Shown one piece after another: positions 1 to 13,316 of a stretch of DNA of 64,000 nucleotides. Where the stretch lies: contig NC_073379.1 in NCBI RefSeq assembly GCF_028641065.1, forward strand, positions 40,362,001-40,426,000, read 5' to 3'. Within the stretch, counting starts at the first letter, position 1; every line of letters begins with the position of its first letter. Made by a program: the position numbers and the translations under genes. The stretch is from Leucoraja erinacea. Its lineage: Eukaryota. The notes below the pieces were generated by a model. That model was not told where the DNA came from. It saw only the letters and a program-made list of their open reading frames with translations, and ran no database searches.

Positions 1-114
1 TTCGCTGTTCGTTCCTTTTTCCTTCACTGCCGTGCTGTAACCTCTCCCGTCAGATCCCGTTGTACTTCCCACTTTCCCAACTTTGACACGCATTAGATAA
101 CTAATCTGACTTTC
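1..114 (-). CDS. SMC5: SMC5 exon ~23 equivalent, heavily garbled (RVKF...ELT...QSGGERS region), runs off the window edge
   Basis: Minus strand: AAACAG acceptor, then ATGCGTGTCAAAGTT (RVK), GAGGTTACAGCA and CAGTGAAGGAAAAAGGAACGAACAGC, resembling the ABC signature region. Many indels. Position fits the exon order. Confidence 0.4.
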
Positions 115-218
115 CTGTTTTTTGCTAACCAAAATGGTGTGAACTATAGACAAGTAGGATTGGTATAATTACAGGCATGTCCAATGTCTCGAATTAGTGG
201 GAAAAGGTCATCTGCAAC

Positions 219-369
219 CCTCAAGTTTGTTGCTATTGGGAGTCAACTTCACCTGCCACATTAGTTGTTTTCGCATACGATGAGCAGAAAATACTAACTC
301 GCTACAATGTTCTCATTAATTTTTGTTCAACAGCGCTTTCAAGGTGATTTAAGAACCTCTTTCTTTTAC
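219..369 (-). CDS. SMC5: SMC5 exon ~22 equivalent, indel-ridden (VKER...LKAL.EQINE...CAGEVD)
   Basis: TGTAG|GTAAAAGAAAGA (VKER), TTGAAAGCGCTG (LKAL), ATTAATGAGAA (INE), GCAGGTGAAGTTGAC (AGEVD). Frame is broken several times. Lower boundary approximate. Confidence 0.6.
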
Positions 370-478
370 CTACATGGGAAAATTGTTAACATAGAAATCA
401 CACTGACAGCTTGTACAAATGGTTAAAAATCCAAAATGACATGAATGTAATTGCCAAAGAAATATTTGTTCCAACAAC

Positions 479-582
479 CTGTGAGATATTATGTTTATAA
501 TTGTCTAATTCACTCTTCTTTCTATTTAGCTCCTCGGTCAAATTTTCTATTTCTTGTTTCTCCGCTTGTATTCATCCACAAC
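479..582 (-). CDS. SMC5: SMC5 exon ~21 equivalent (VVDEYKRR-x-QEIENLTEELNRKKSELDNYKHNISQ), 1-nt deletion
   Basis: TTTCTTAG acceptor and CAG|GTTGTT donor. 104 nt, one base short of an open 35-codon exon matching IVQEYTKREEEIEQLTEEL...NISQ. Confidence 0.85.
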
Positions 583-2577
583 CTAAGAAAATAAATATTT
601 TAGAACTTATGAATTCAGCAGAGAGCAATGTCATGATTATTGTCCACCGACTTTATTTCAACTCATGCATCTGGTACTCTTCCCAGTCTATTAGAGGCTT
701 TTTGACAGTATTACTCATGGGGGAGTTACTAAGAGCCTGACCGCGCCAAATATATTGTGATATTTTATTCCCCCCCCCATGTCATTAATCAGTGTAATAA
801 TGATTTCAATTGAATTACAAATTTCCCTCACATCTCGAAATTCAGTTTTTCGCTAATTAATGGCAATTAACGCAGATACATGTTTGTGATTAATAGTTTT
901 ACCGGCATAGTGAAGGTTTAGTACATTGTAAACTGACTACGCATACCCTAATTAGTACCTGGCTCTCACACCGCGCTTGATAGCTCGGCTCTATACTACC
1001 CAACACCCCTGACAGACACATGTTTCACTGATCCCCCTTATATATCTTTCTCACCGGTCTATAAATCCTACTGCCTCTCCTATTTTTAGACTCCCGTTAA
1101 TCGTAAAATAGAACCGAAGGTACCCACACTTTTCCCTGTAGCCCTACAAACATTTGTCCTGGTATATACTTCTAATCCTTTTTCAGATAATCCCTGATCA
1201 TTCTGTGTTACTAACAAACTTATTATTAACAGACGCGCTGCAAATCTGATTATCAACCTTTTCCTCTTGTACTTTTTGCATCTTATATGTCATTTTTAGC
1301 CAACAGCTTTTATCATATAACGAGCTTGTGACTCAAAGTATTACTCATGAGTTAAACCACATAACCAGGGAACACGTTTCTCTGACCCTACGCTAGACCC
1401 ATGATCTTGTACAGCGCTCAGAAAATCCCCCGTTCAAACTTGGCTTTGCTCCAATTCTGCTCTACAATGGAGACATTCAGTGTAACCTAGCATAATAGGA
1501 ACAGGATTCTTTTGTTCTCCTATCATTTTAAATTTCACCTATTCTGTATTACATCCATATCTATGGAGATCTATGGCAGAAAATAAACGGATCTATTTAG
1601 ACTTCAAAAAGTTACTATGGGAGTGGCTTTGTACAACGTATGACAAGTGTCATGCATAGCTACCTGGATTCGTGAAATCAATGCAGATTTATTTGTTACA
1701 TTATTTTTTCGATATATTTTGACTTGAAAATGGCCATGGCTACTAACTTTCACTACAATCGAAAAGCCGTAGTGATAGCTTCAACTTCAGACAAGTCCCC
1801 AAAGTCAAACTTAGTGAAGTAATTCATGATTGTCCCACATGCCCACGCATATCCATTTCCGTCATGATTAACCGTAAATTTTTAAATGTTTTACAACTCC
1901 ATGATACTAGAGGGAAAAAGAATAATGGCTGAAAAATTTCAATCCTAGTACACCTGATTGCCTCTTTTGACCTTTTCCCGCATTAAGACGCATTCATTTC
2001 ATCTTATGGGGTTAGGAAGAACGTCGAATAGTGCCTAGGTGCTCGAAAAGAATGATTGTCAATCTTTAAAAGTCCTATCGAAATTGAAAATACTCCTTTA
2101 GTATCTGAGTTTTTTGGTTAGCAATTGAAAAAACGCAAATGATTTTCAGGACATAGTGATGGCGACAAATCCAAGGCTTATTGGCCGACATCAGCTTGCT
2201 CATAATGTGCTTATTGATTACACAGAAGAATAACCACAAAAGTGTAATAATACTCAGACATCGATCAATTGTACAACATTCGCCTCATGATAGCGAAAAG
2301 GAGTCCTATTAAAATACAGCGTCACGTGTCCAGCACAACAACGTGGCGTAGTCCCACAGAAACAGCCAATTGTCCTAGACAATCCAGCATTCTAAACATT
2401 ACTATCATCAAAGGAACTGTAACCATCTAATGTTTTCTTATTAGCTCTAGAGACCAAGTCCCCTTCAAATTTCTTTGCACAAAGTGCTGGATGTAATTGC
2501 AGATTGTGCAAACTGTGCACATAGGCAGCAAAAAAAGTCTAGATTTCATCGCTGATCCACTGCACAACTCCCACCTA

Positions 2578-4080
2578 CAGGGCGGAATCTACTCATGCAA
2601 CAATGAAGGAAATTACCGGTCTTATCATGGCCCTCTAATCCCGGAGGTGGCCGCTCCCAGACAGTGACTTTAGTCATGCAGAGTATGAATCAGATTGAAC
2701 CTGATTTTTCACATTGGTTAAACCCCTCGCCTCGACTAAACTTCACCTCACACTTCAACCCCGCCTCGACTAATCGCTGCCTCTCTCCTGCTCCGGTGAG
2801 GAGGGGCTGCGGCTGCCACGGGCGGGGGCGGGGCTCGACGTCAACGTCAGCGTGCGTTCGCCTCGCCCCTCCCACCGGCGGGAGCGGGAGAGAGGCGGCA
2901 ATTAGTCGAGGCGCGGATTAGGTGCGAGTTGGGAGGTTTAGTTAAGTTGAGGTGGGGTTAAGGTGTGAGGTGAGGTAAGAGGTTTATTTCAGGGGCAAGG
3001 TTTAACGAGGTAAAGTTTAGTCGTGGCGAGGTTTAGGTGTGAGGTGAAGTTTACGAGTGAGGTATCGTCGAGGTGAGGGGTTTAGTTAGTCGAGGGGATT
3101 AGTCGAGGTGTACAGTGGAGGGGAAGTGAGCGTACAGGTGAGTTCGAGGAGAAGTGCTTGTCTGAGCTCTAGATGGGATGACCATGGTGCTGCTGAAAGT
3201 GATAGACAATGCCTGCTGTAGCCCGAGAATTGCCATACCTTCACAACTCTGGTGAAAAAGTTTTTTTCTCACTCAGTGCTACGCAAAGATAACATTTCAG
3301 GAACATATTTTTTTTTAAGATTTTTTTTAGCTGTATGAGGCTATTTATTGTAAACATATAAATTATTAAGGTTTTGGACATGCAGAAGGCAGGAAACTTG
3401 TTTCCAATGCTGGGAAAGTCCAGACCATTGCCAGAGTTTCAAGAATAGGTGTGTATGCCATTTAGCTACGGAGATGAGGAATACGTCCACACCGGAGTAC
3501 GATGTCTCATTTCGGCCCTTCAAGCCAGCATGCATGATCGACACGGCTGGATCATCCCAATCATTACCGTCCGTTCCTCTCCTACATCCCCATACCTTTG
3601 ACTCCGACTATCTTCAATAGTGGAACTGTGCAGCGGAGGCTAATTCTCTGGAGGCTTTCAAGAGGAGATAGAAATTGCATCTTAAGATAGCAGTCCATCT
3701 CATGGATATCCTTATAAGGCAGGAAAGGGGTAACTGCTTGTGGACGATCACCTGAACACAGAGTGAATGTCAGACTCCTGACCTATTTGAAACTGTTGTC
3801 TATTTCATGAAATATTATATCTTTTATGGGGGTTATGTTGTACGCTTGATGTATTTCGAAATGGGCCTGTCGTTATGTAAACTACCAGAATATGCTGTGA
3901 ATCATTTCAATTTATTTGAAAATGCAGGAGCTTCACTGCCTCCTGAACCCGCCACCACCGTCTGGGAAAAACACCCCATTGAAGAAGATAATGGTTACCC
4001 CCATTTCCCTCGTTGCTGGTTGGCGAGGCGGCCCCATAACAGTTCAATCTTCAGCCACTCAAAAATATAGGCCGCCACTG
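2578..4080. mobile_element. Putative non-autonomous hAT-like DNA element with internal foldback, carrying CR1 tail fragments
   Basis: Left end CAG(-)GGCGGAATCTA at 2578 versus right end ATAGGCCGCCACTG at 4067-4080 (CAGTGGCGG-type terminus). Internal inverted repeat at 2716-2925. Noisy sequence, no TSD resolved. Confidence 0.4.
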
Positions 4081-5080
4081 AGATCACGTATCAAACCCAC
4101 ATCCAATAGATGTAACCTCTCTTACAAATATAAAATTCCACTCTCATATAATATTTTAACCGCCGCCCTAGAATAGGTCATCACAAGTAACATTAATTTT
4201 CCTTTCATTAGGAGGCTACGGCATGCCCCGGGCGTCGCATTTAGGGCTCAAACGCTCCCAACTGACACCGATGTGGTGCCCTGTTCGCCATCTTTGGTTG
4301 GTCCCCCATAAGTTTAGTTTTCACGTTTTGATAACCAGTGTTAGCTTTTGTTATCATTTGAGCAAGTAAAGAAAGCATTTAATAAAAAGTCGTGGCGAGG
4401 TTTAGGTGTGAGGTGAAGTTTACGAGTGAGGTATCATCGAGGTGAGGGGTTTAGTTAGTCGAGGGGATTAACACAGTGAATGGCAGACTCCTGCACCTAT
4501 TGTCTGTTGTCTATTTCATGAAATACATATCTTTTGGGGGTTATTTTACTGCTTATGTGTTAGAAAAATTCTGTAGTTATGTAAACTACCAGAACGCCTG
4601 GGAATCAGTTTCAATTTATTGAAAATGCAGGAGCTTCAGGCTCCTGAACCGCCACCCTAGTCACCCTTGTCAGGGGCCAAGCCAGCCTGTCGTGGAAAAA
4701 CCCCATTGAAGAAGATAAATGGTTACCCAGACCTCGTTGCTGGTTGCGAAGGGGCCCCATAACAGTTCAAGCTTCAGGGCCCCAAAAATATAGGTCCGCC
4801 ACTTATCACGTATCAAACCCACAGCCAATACAGATGATAACCTCTCTTACAAATATAAAATTCCATCTATAATATTTTATTAATTTAATACCATAGGTAC
4901 ACAAGTTAACATTAATTTTCCCTTTCATTAAACTAATCCATGATTTCACCATTTAGCCAATGTAAAAATGAACACCGAATGTGATTATGTTTCACATCTT
5001 TTGGTTGGTCCTATAAGTTTAGTTTTCACTTTGAAACCAGTGTACCTTTTGTTATCAGTTGAGAAGTAAAGAAAGCATTT
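3755..5080. repeat. Imperfect direct duplication (~3755-4380 vs ~4471-5080) with an ~80-bp copy of 3018-3100 at the junction
   Basis: Same sequence order in both copies (cagactcctg...ctatttcatgaaat...ccccattgaagaagataa...gtaaagaaagcattta), differing mostly by indels. Confidence 0.85.
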
Positions 5081-6069
5081 ACTATTTTTATAATTCAATT
5101 ACTTAAAATTGTCTCCAGTCGCTCCCCGACATACCTAAATATTACGCTCCGTGAACCCTTACATATGTCAGATTTTACGCAAGTCAGAAACGGCTCTTCA
5201 GTTACCAGTTACCATGTAAAAAGTAATTGGGATGGGATTAATTTGAATAAATCTCAGGGCCTGACAGACAGTCACATGGTGAGCAATGCTTGTCTGAAAT
5301 CAACAGGATCTATAGGAATGGACCGGTGTAAGCCTGTGCGCCATCTAGCAGACAGCAGGGGAATAACAGGAATGCTGAACTCAACCGATTCCTCACTTGT
5401 TTTGTTTTTTGTTGTCCAGCAGGTCCCACCATTGGCTAAATTGCAAGCCGCATTTCATAAGTGGTGGAAGGGGAAGGAGAGTTTGGAAATACATTTGAGT
5501 TCTTTCTTCTTCTGCGTTTGTAACTTTCAGTCTGCAGCGAGCACAGGATGGGAAGGAAACGGAGATTCAAAGGTGTATCTCTGCCCCCTTTTAGCTGTCG
5601 GACTGGGTAAGGCGTGACCTTGTGCAGTCCCTTCAAATTCTGCCCCAAGCACATTGGGAGAAGCACGCATATCGAAGGTGTTCTTTTAGTTTAGTGTAGA
5701 AATGCAGCTTGGAAACGTAAACTGGAAAGTAAACTTATTGCACCAGTACCGAATTGTTTATGTAAGTGTGATTTTACCTATGGTGCAAGCCGGAGTGTGT
5801 CTGTACTCTGGTAGTCATTTAAATCTGTCTAACCTCAGGTAACCCCATTCTTTTTTTTGCATCCTGAATCATCAATGATAATCTATCATGTTCATCTGGA
5901 ACCGTACAGTTCATATTTGAATGTGCACTTCTTGAAGCCCCATTAATAAATACAAATATGTGCAGACATATAAAATTACTCCTTCAGGGCGATGACAGGC
6001 CAGGCCCAAGTTCTTCCAGGGTGTCAATCTCTGCACAATGGTATAATTCAGCAGTTCGCTTTTACTTAC

Positions 6070-6198
6070 TGTCATCAGTTCTGGGGGGATATCTTTTTGA
6101 TTTGGATCCAAGTCACAGATTTCTCTAGCTGCTTTCATACGCTCCTTACATGTATTCAAAAGTCTGTGTTTTTTGTCATCCAGACTTCTATATTGTTG
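6070..6198 (-). CDS. SMC5: SMC5 exon 18 equivalent (QQYRSLDDKKHRLLNTCKERMKAAREICDLDPNQKDIPPELMT)
   Basis: TTATAG acceptor, GTAAGT donor, 129 nt open, phase 0/0. Similar to [30 protein letters not shown]. Confidence 0.92.
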
Positions 6199-6576
6199 CT
6201 ATAATCCAAAATCAAAACAATGTCACGGACAATGGCATTATATCAATGTCAACTAGACTAATTTGACCAATTTATATACTATAAATTTTACATAAGAGAA
6301 CAAGGTTACATAAATATAAATGGTAAGTGTCAAGCAAGACTTCAAACTAGAAAGGCACCACTTGCAACACATTAACGAGTTAATGCCATTTTGTATAAAT
6401 TTGGATTACTCTATGGAGACTATTTAAATAAATTGAAGTGTGAAATAAAGATAGGAAAAATAATCAGTTTGATTAAAGTATCCATCGCAACTTGGGGTTA
6501 ACAGAACAGTGCTGGCAAAAGCAATTCATTCATCAATCTCAATATACCGAGTCAGCATAAAGTGTGGTAACTATAC

Positions 6577-6699
6577 CTCTTTGATTTTTTGCTCTGCATT
6601 AGATTCTTTAAATTCAGTTTCCACCTGATTCTTCTGATAAATTAACAAAGTGTTATCGAGAACAAAGAAAACTTTCTCCATGTTCAGTGTCATGCAGGT
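6577..6699 (-). CDS. SMC5: SMC5 exon 17 equivalent (TCMTLNMEKVFFVLDNTLLIYQKNQVETEFKESNAEQKIKE)
   Basis: TTTCTAG acceptor, GAG|GTATAG donor, 123 nt open. Similar to ICTSLHIQKVDLILQNT. Confidence 0.9.
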
Positions 6700-7354
6700 C
6701 TAGAAACAAAAGAGTGAAGGAGTGTAACAGTGTACGTCACTTCTTGGCCCCATCCCATAAATGTTCACCACCCTACTGCTCCTGTGAACAGCTATAACAA
6801 AAATGCCTATTTGCATTGCCAGTGTACTGAAAAATCTTCATAACATTGTAGACTGGAAATAAAGAAAGGGACTGATTAAGTAGTGGGTTTACTGTAATAG
6901 GATTCTGTTTAGGTTACTTGTCACATCTTTGCTTGATAAGTCTGTTTTGTCAGCAACCGTAAATGATTCAATTATTATTTTATTTCCATAAGGAAGATTT
7001 CATTGAACCTTGTGAGAAATTATTTAAGTGAACTGCCCATCCATCCTGCCAGTTGGAAATAAAATGCTTGGAACAGCGTCAACATTAAAATGAAGCACAA
7101 AAATAATTCCACCCATATCACATAAAGGAAGAGAATTCGCTATCACCCAGTTTGTATGCTTGCAGGTCTTTGTCCCAAGCATATAGTGTGCTCTCTACCA
7201 CTTTGGATGCTAGTTAAAAGAATGTCCCATGTTACTAACTGTCTATATTCTTAAAAATAAAGCTATGGCAATTTTGAAAAGAACACCTGAAAAAATGAAA
7301 TCTTGATAAATGGTCAATCCCCAGGGTGCTTGCACTTTACAGATTCCATGGCAG

Positions 7355-7512
7355 CAATAGACAATAGGTGCAGGAGTAGGTCATACGGCCCTTCCATTCC
7401 AGCACCACCATTCAATGCGATCATGGCTGATCATCCATAATCAGTACCCTGTTCCTGCCTTTTCACCATATCCCGACACCTAAAAGCCCTATCTAGCTCT
7501 TGAATGTTTCCA
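7355..7512 (-). mobile_element. CR1-type LINE 3' tail fragment
   Basis: caatagacaataggtgcaggagtagg...atcatggctgatcatcc. Same tail at 7514, 12653 and 50710. Confidence 0.8.
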
Positions 7513-7513
7513 G

Positions 7514-10352
7514 AGAAACATAGAAAATAGGCGCAGGAGTAGGCCATTCAACCCTCTGAGCCTGCACCACCATTCAATATGATCATGGCTGATCATCCAA
7601 CTCAGTATCCTGTACCTGCCTTCTCTCCATACCCCCTGATCCCTTTAGCCACAAGGGCCACATCTAACTCTCTCTTAAATATAGCCAATGAACTGGCCTC
7701 AACTACCTTCTGTGGCAGCCGGTCTTCACTGCCCTCCGAGGCAGAGAATTCCACAGACTCGCAACTCTCTCTGTGAAAAAGTGTTACCTCATCTCCGTTC
7801 TAAATGGCTTACCCCTTATTCTTAAACTGTGGCCCCTTGTTCTGGACTCTCCCAACATCGGGAACATGTTTCCTGCCTCTAGCGTGTCCAAACCCTTAAT
7901 AATCTTCTATGTTTCAATAAGATCCCCTCTCATCCTTCTAAATTGCAGAGTATACAAGCCCAGCCGCTCCATTCTATCAACATACGACAGTCCCGCCAAC
8001 CAGGGAATTAACCCTGTGAACCTACACTGCACTCCCTCAATAGCAATAATGTCCTTCCTCAAATTTGGAGCAAACTGCACACAATACTTCAGGTGTGGTC
8101 TTATTAGGGCCCTGTACAACTGCAGGAGGACCTCTTTGCTCCTATACTCAACTCCTCTTGTTATGAAGGCCAACATGCCATTTGCTTTCTTCGCTGCCTA
8201 CTGCACCTGCATGCTTACTTTCATTGACTGATGAACAAGGACCCCCAGATCCCATTATACTTCCCCTTTTCCCAACTTGACACCATTTAGATAGTAATCT
8301 TCCTTCCTGTTTTTTCTACCAAAGTGGATAACCTCACATTTATCCACATTAAACTGCATCTGCCCACTCACCCAACCTGTCCAAGTCACCCTGCATTCTC
8401 ATAGCATCCTACTCACAGTTCACACTGCCACCCAGTTTTGTGCCATCTGCAAATTTGCTAATGTTACTTGTAATCCCTTCATCTAAATCATTAATATGTA
8501 TTGTAAATAGCTGCGGTCCCAGCACCGAGCCTCGCGGTACACCACTAGTCACTGCCTGCCATTCTGAAAGGGACCCGTTAATCGCTACTCTTTGTTTCCT
8601 GTCTGCCAACCAATTTTCTATCCATGTCAGCACTGTACCCCCAATACCATGTGCCCTAATTTTGCCCACTAATCTCCTATGTGCAACCTTATCAAATGCT
8701 TTCTGAAAGTCCAGGTACATCCACTGGCTCTTCGTTGTCCATTTTCCTAGTTACATCCTCAAAAATTTCCAGAAGATTAGTCAAGCATGATTTCCCCTTC
8801 ATAAATCCATGCTGACTGTTACTGCTATCCAAATGTGCCGCTATTTCATATTTTATGATTGACTCCAGCATCTTCCCGAACACCGATGTCAGGCTAACTG
8901 GTCTATAATTCCCTGTTTTCTCTCTCCTGCCTTTCTTAAAAAGTGGGATAACATTAGCTACCCCCCAATCCACAGGAACTGATCCTGAATCTATAGAACA
9001 TTGGAAAATTATCACCAATGCGTCCATGACTTCAAGAGCCACTTCCTTAAGTACCCTGGGATGCAGACCAACAGGCCCTGGGGATTTATCAGCCTTCAGT
9101 ACCATCAGTCTATCCAACACCATTTCCTGCCTAATGTGGATTTCCTTCAGTTCCTCCATCCCCCAGATCCTCTGGCTAGTGCATCAGGAAGATTGTTTGT
9201 GTCCTCTTTAGTGAAGACAGATCTTAAGTACCTGTTCAACTCATCTGTCATTTCCTTGTTCCCCATAATAAATTCACCTTTTTCAGTCTTCAAGCGTCCA
9301 ACTTTGGTTTAAACAATTTTTTTCCTCTTCACATTCCTAAAGAACCTTTTACTATCCTCCTTTATATTCTTGGCTAGATTACCTTCATACCTCATCTTTT
9401 CTCCCCGTATTGCCTTTTTAGTTATCTTCTGTTGCTCTTTAAACGTTACCGAATCCTCTGGCTTCCCGCTCATCTTTGCTACGATATACTTCTCTTTTAT
9501 TTTTATACTGTCCTTGACTTCCCTTGTCACCCACGGTCGCCCTTTATTGCCCTTGGAATCTTTCTTCCTCTTTGGAATGAACTGATCCTGCACCTTCTGT
9601 ATTATTCCCAGAAATACCTGCCATTGTTGTTCCACTGTCATCCAGTCAACTTTGGCCAGCTCCTCCCTCATGGCTCCATAGTCTCCTTTATTCAACTGTA
9701 TTACTGACACCGATTTATCCTTCCCCCTCTCAAATTGTAGATTAAAACGTATCATATTATGGTCACTACCTCCTAATGGCTTCTTAATCACGTTCCCTTA
9801 TCAAATCCGGTTCATTACACAACGCTAAATCCAGAATTGCCTTCTCCCTGGTAGGCTCCGGTAGAAGCTGCTCTAAGAATCCATCACGGAGGCACTCCAC
9901 AAATTCCCTTTCTTGGGGTCCAGTGCCAACCTGATTTTCCCAGTCTACCTGCATGTTGAAATCTCCCATAACAAACGTACCATTACCTTTACGACATGCC
10001 AATTTTAACTCTTGATTCAAATTGCACCCTATATCCAGGCTACTGTTTGATACTGACTCCACATCTCCTGTTTCAATGTCACGCCTTGCAAGGGACTGAA
10101 TTTCCTTCCTCACCAACAGAGCTACCCCACTCCCTCTGCCCACCAGTCTGTCTTTTTGATAGGATGTATACCCTTGAATATTCAGTTCCCAGCCCTGGTC
10201 CTCTTGCAGCCTTGTCTCTGTAATTCCCACAACATCATACTTGCCAATTTCTAACTGAGCCTCAAGCTCATCCACTTTATTTCTTATACTTTGTGCATTC
10301 ATGTACAACACTGACTTTGGTATTCACCTCTCCTCTCACTCCCCTCTCACTA
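7514..10352 (-). mobile_element. CR1-clade LINE, 5'-truncated and degenerate (APE endonuclease + RT)
   Basis: ORF fragments MNAQSIRNK/VGITET/MGDFN (endonuclease), [43 protein letters not shown]. (AGAAACAT)-type 3' tail. Confidence 0.95.
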
Positions 10353-10878
10353 ATACAAGCACAGAGGTACCGCAGTCTTTTTGCATAAAACAGATCACGT
10401 GTCTTTTGCACTTCGTAGCCTCAGTGGTGTTAACATTTAGTTTTGAAACGAGCTAAGAAAGCAATTTAAAACATTTTACACACAAATCAACTTTTAATTG
10501 CAAAGTATGGTTAACAATTAACACATTGTAATACAAGGCCAAGACTTGAAAATATCAATTTTCTATAAATAAAATATACATATAATTGAAAATATATATA
10601 AAATAAATTAAATCTACGTTGTAGAATTCGTACAGACTTAATCCAAAGGTATATTAAAGTCAATAGCCTTTTTTTTTTTAAGAAATCAATAAAATATTCC
10701 TAGGTATGGGTGCCTCTTTAGCATCTTAATTTATTATATTATTTTCATAAAATAGATTGATTTGTGTACTGCTGGTTACACATTAATGATTTCTTAACAA
10801 AATAAAAATTACACAAATATGTCCATACACTTTTTAACATATTTTGTCAGAGATTTGAGAAATGGAAAGAACTTATTA

Positions 10879-11076
<198 letters not shown>

Positions 11077-13316
11077 CTAGCAATTCTCTGTTAACACAAT
11101 AATACTATGCCAAGATTGTCAACGCTTCAGGTAAGAGCCTGCTGCCACTGTTACTTTGTATTTACTGTACATTTATGCTATACAGAGATCAGATTTACAT
11201 CGGGACACTACGTCCTACGGTTAACCTCCTTTGGTTCTAAAATCAATAAAGTTATCGACAAAAAGGCTGTCCAACCCAATTATCACAAAGACATTTAAGC
11301 TTCAAATGCTTTTGTGACATCCATTATCTGAAGCTTCTTCCTCACAGATCAATGGCTGATTTCATTTTGTTTGCATTAATATTCCATTATTAAAATAATA
11401 CAAGGAAGTAACAGATACAGTGCTCTCCATAATATTTTGGACAAAGACCCATCATTTATTTATTTGCCTCTACTCCACAATTTATGATTTGTAATAGAAA
11501 AAAATCACATGTGGTTATAGTGCACATTATCAGATTTTAATGGACTCCATTTTTTAACATTTTGGTTTGTAATGTAGTAATGTAAAATTGTTGTAATGTA
11601 GAAATTACAGCAGTGTTTATACATAGCCCCTCCATTTCAGGGCACCATAATGTCAGGGACACAGCAATGTCATGTAAATGAAAGTAGTCTTGTTTAGTAT
11701 TTTGTTGCATATCCTTTGCATGCAATGACTGCTTGAAGTCTGCGATTCATGGACATCACCAGTTGATGGGTGTCTTCTCTGGTGATGGTCTGCCAGGCCT
11801 GTATTGCAGCCATCTTTAGCTTATGCTTATTTTGGGGACTAGTACTCTTCAGTTTTCTCTTCAGCATATAAAAGGCATGTTCAATTGGGTTCAGATCGGG
11901 TGATTGACTGGGCCACTCAAGAATTGACCAGTTTTGAGTTTTGAAAAACTTCTTTGTTGCTTTAGCAGTATGTTTAGGATCATTGTCTTGCTGTAGAATG
12001 AACTGCCGACAAATGAGTTTTGAGGAATTTGTTTCAACTTGAGCAGATAGGGTGTGTCTATACACTTCACAATTCATTATGCTACTACCATCAATGAACA
12101 TGAGTGAGTCAGTACCTTCAGCAGCCGTACATGCCCAGGCCATAACACCCCCATCACCTTGTTTCACAAATGAGGTGGTATGCATTGGATCTTGGGCAGT
12201 TCCTTCTCTCCTCCATACTTTGCTCTTGCCATCACTCTGATATAAGTTAATCTTCGTCTCATTTGTCCACGAGACCTTTTACCAGAACTGTGGTTGCTCT
12301 TTTAAGTACTTCTTGGCAAACTATAACCCAGCCATCCTATATTTTTGTGGCTAACCAGTGGTTTGCATCTTGCAGTGTGGCCTCTGTATTTCTGTTCATG
12401 AAGTCTTCTGCAGGCAGTGGTCATTGATAAATCCACACATGACTCTTGAAGAATGTTTCTGATCTGGCGGACAGGTGTTTGGGCATTTTTCTTTATTATA
12501 GAGAGAATTCTTCTGTCATCGGCTGTGGAGGTCTTCCTTGGCCTACCAGTTCCTTTGCGATTAGTAAGCTCATCATTGCTCTCTTCTAAATGATGTTCCA
12601 AACAGTTGATTTTGGTAAGCCTAACGTTTGGCTGATGTCTCTAAGTTTTATTAGAAACATAGAAAATAGGTGCAGGGGTAGGCCATTTGCCCCTTCGAGT
12701 CTGCACCGCCATTCAATATCATGGCTCATCATCCAACTCGGTATCCTGTACCTGCCTTCTCTCCATACTCCCTGATCCCTTCAGCCACAAGGGCCACATC
12801 TAACTCCCTCTTAAATATAGCCAATGAACTGGCCTCAACTACATTCTGTGGCAGAGAATTCCAGAGATTCGCCACTCTCTGTGTAAAAAATGATTTTCTC
12901 ATCTCAGTCCTAAAAGATTTCCCCTTTATCCTTAAACTGTGACCCCTTGTTTTGGACTACCCCAACATAGGGAACAATCTTCCTGCATCTAGCCTGTCCA
13001 ACCCCTTAAGAATTTTGTAAGTTTCTATAAGATTCCCCCTCAATCTTCTAAATTCTAGCGAGTACAAGCCGAGTCTATCCAGTCTTTCTTCATATGAAAG
13101 TCCTGACATTCCAGGAATCAGTCTGGTGAACCTTCTCTGTACTCGCTCTATGGCAAGAATGTCTTTCCTCAGATTAGGAGACCAAAACTGTACGTAATAC
13201 TCCAGGTACAACTGCAGTAGAACCTCCCTGCTCCTATACTCAAATCCTTTTGCTATGAATGCTAACATACCATTCCCTTTCTTCACTGCCTGCTGCACCT
13301 GCATGCCTACTTTTAA

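Noticed and set aside
2930-3110. CRISPR-like or telomere-like array
   Set aside because: Degenerate repeats without unique regular spacers, not TTAGGG units, and a vertebrate intron context with no cas genes.
5165-5617. 150-aa plus-strand ORF
   Set aside because: No recognisable motifs. Antisense within an SMC5 intron next to low-quality sequence.
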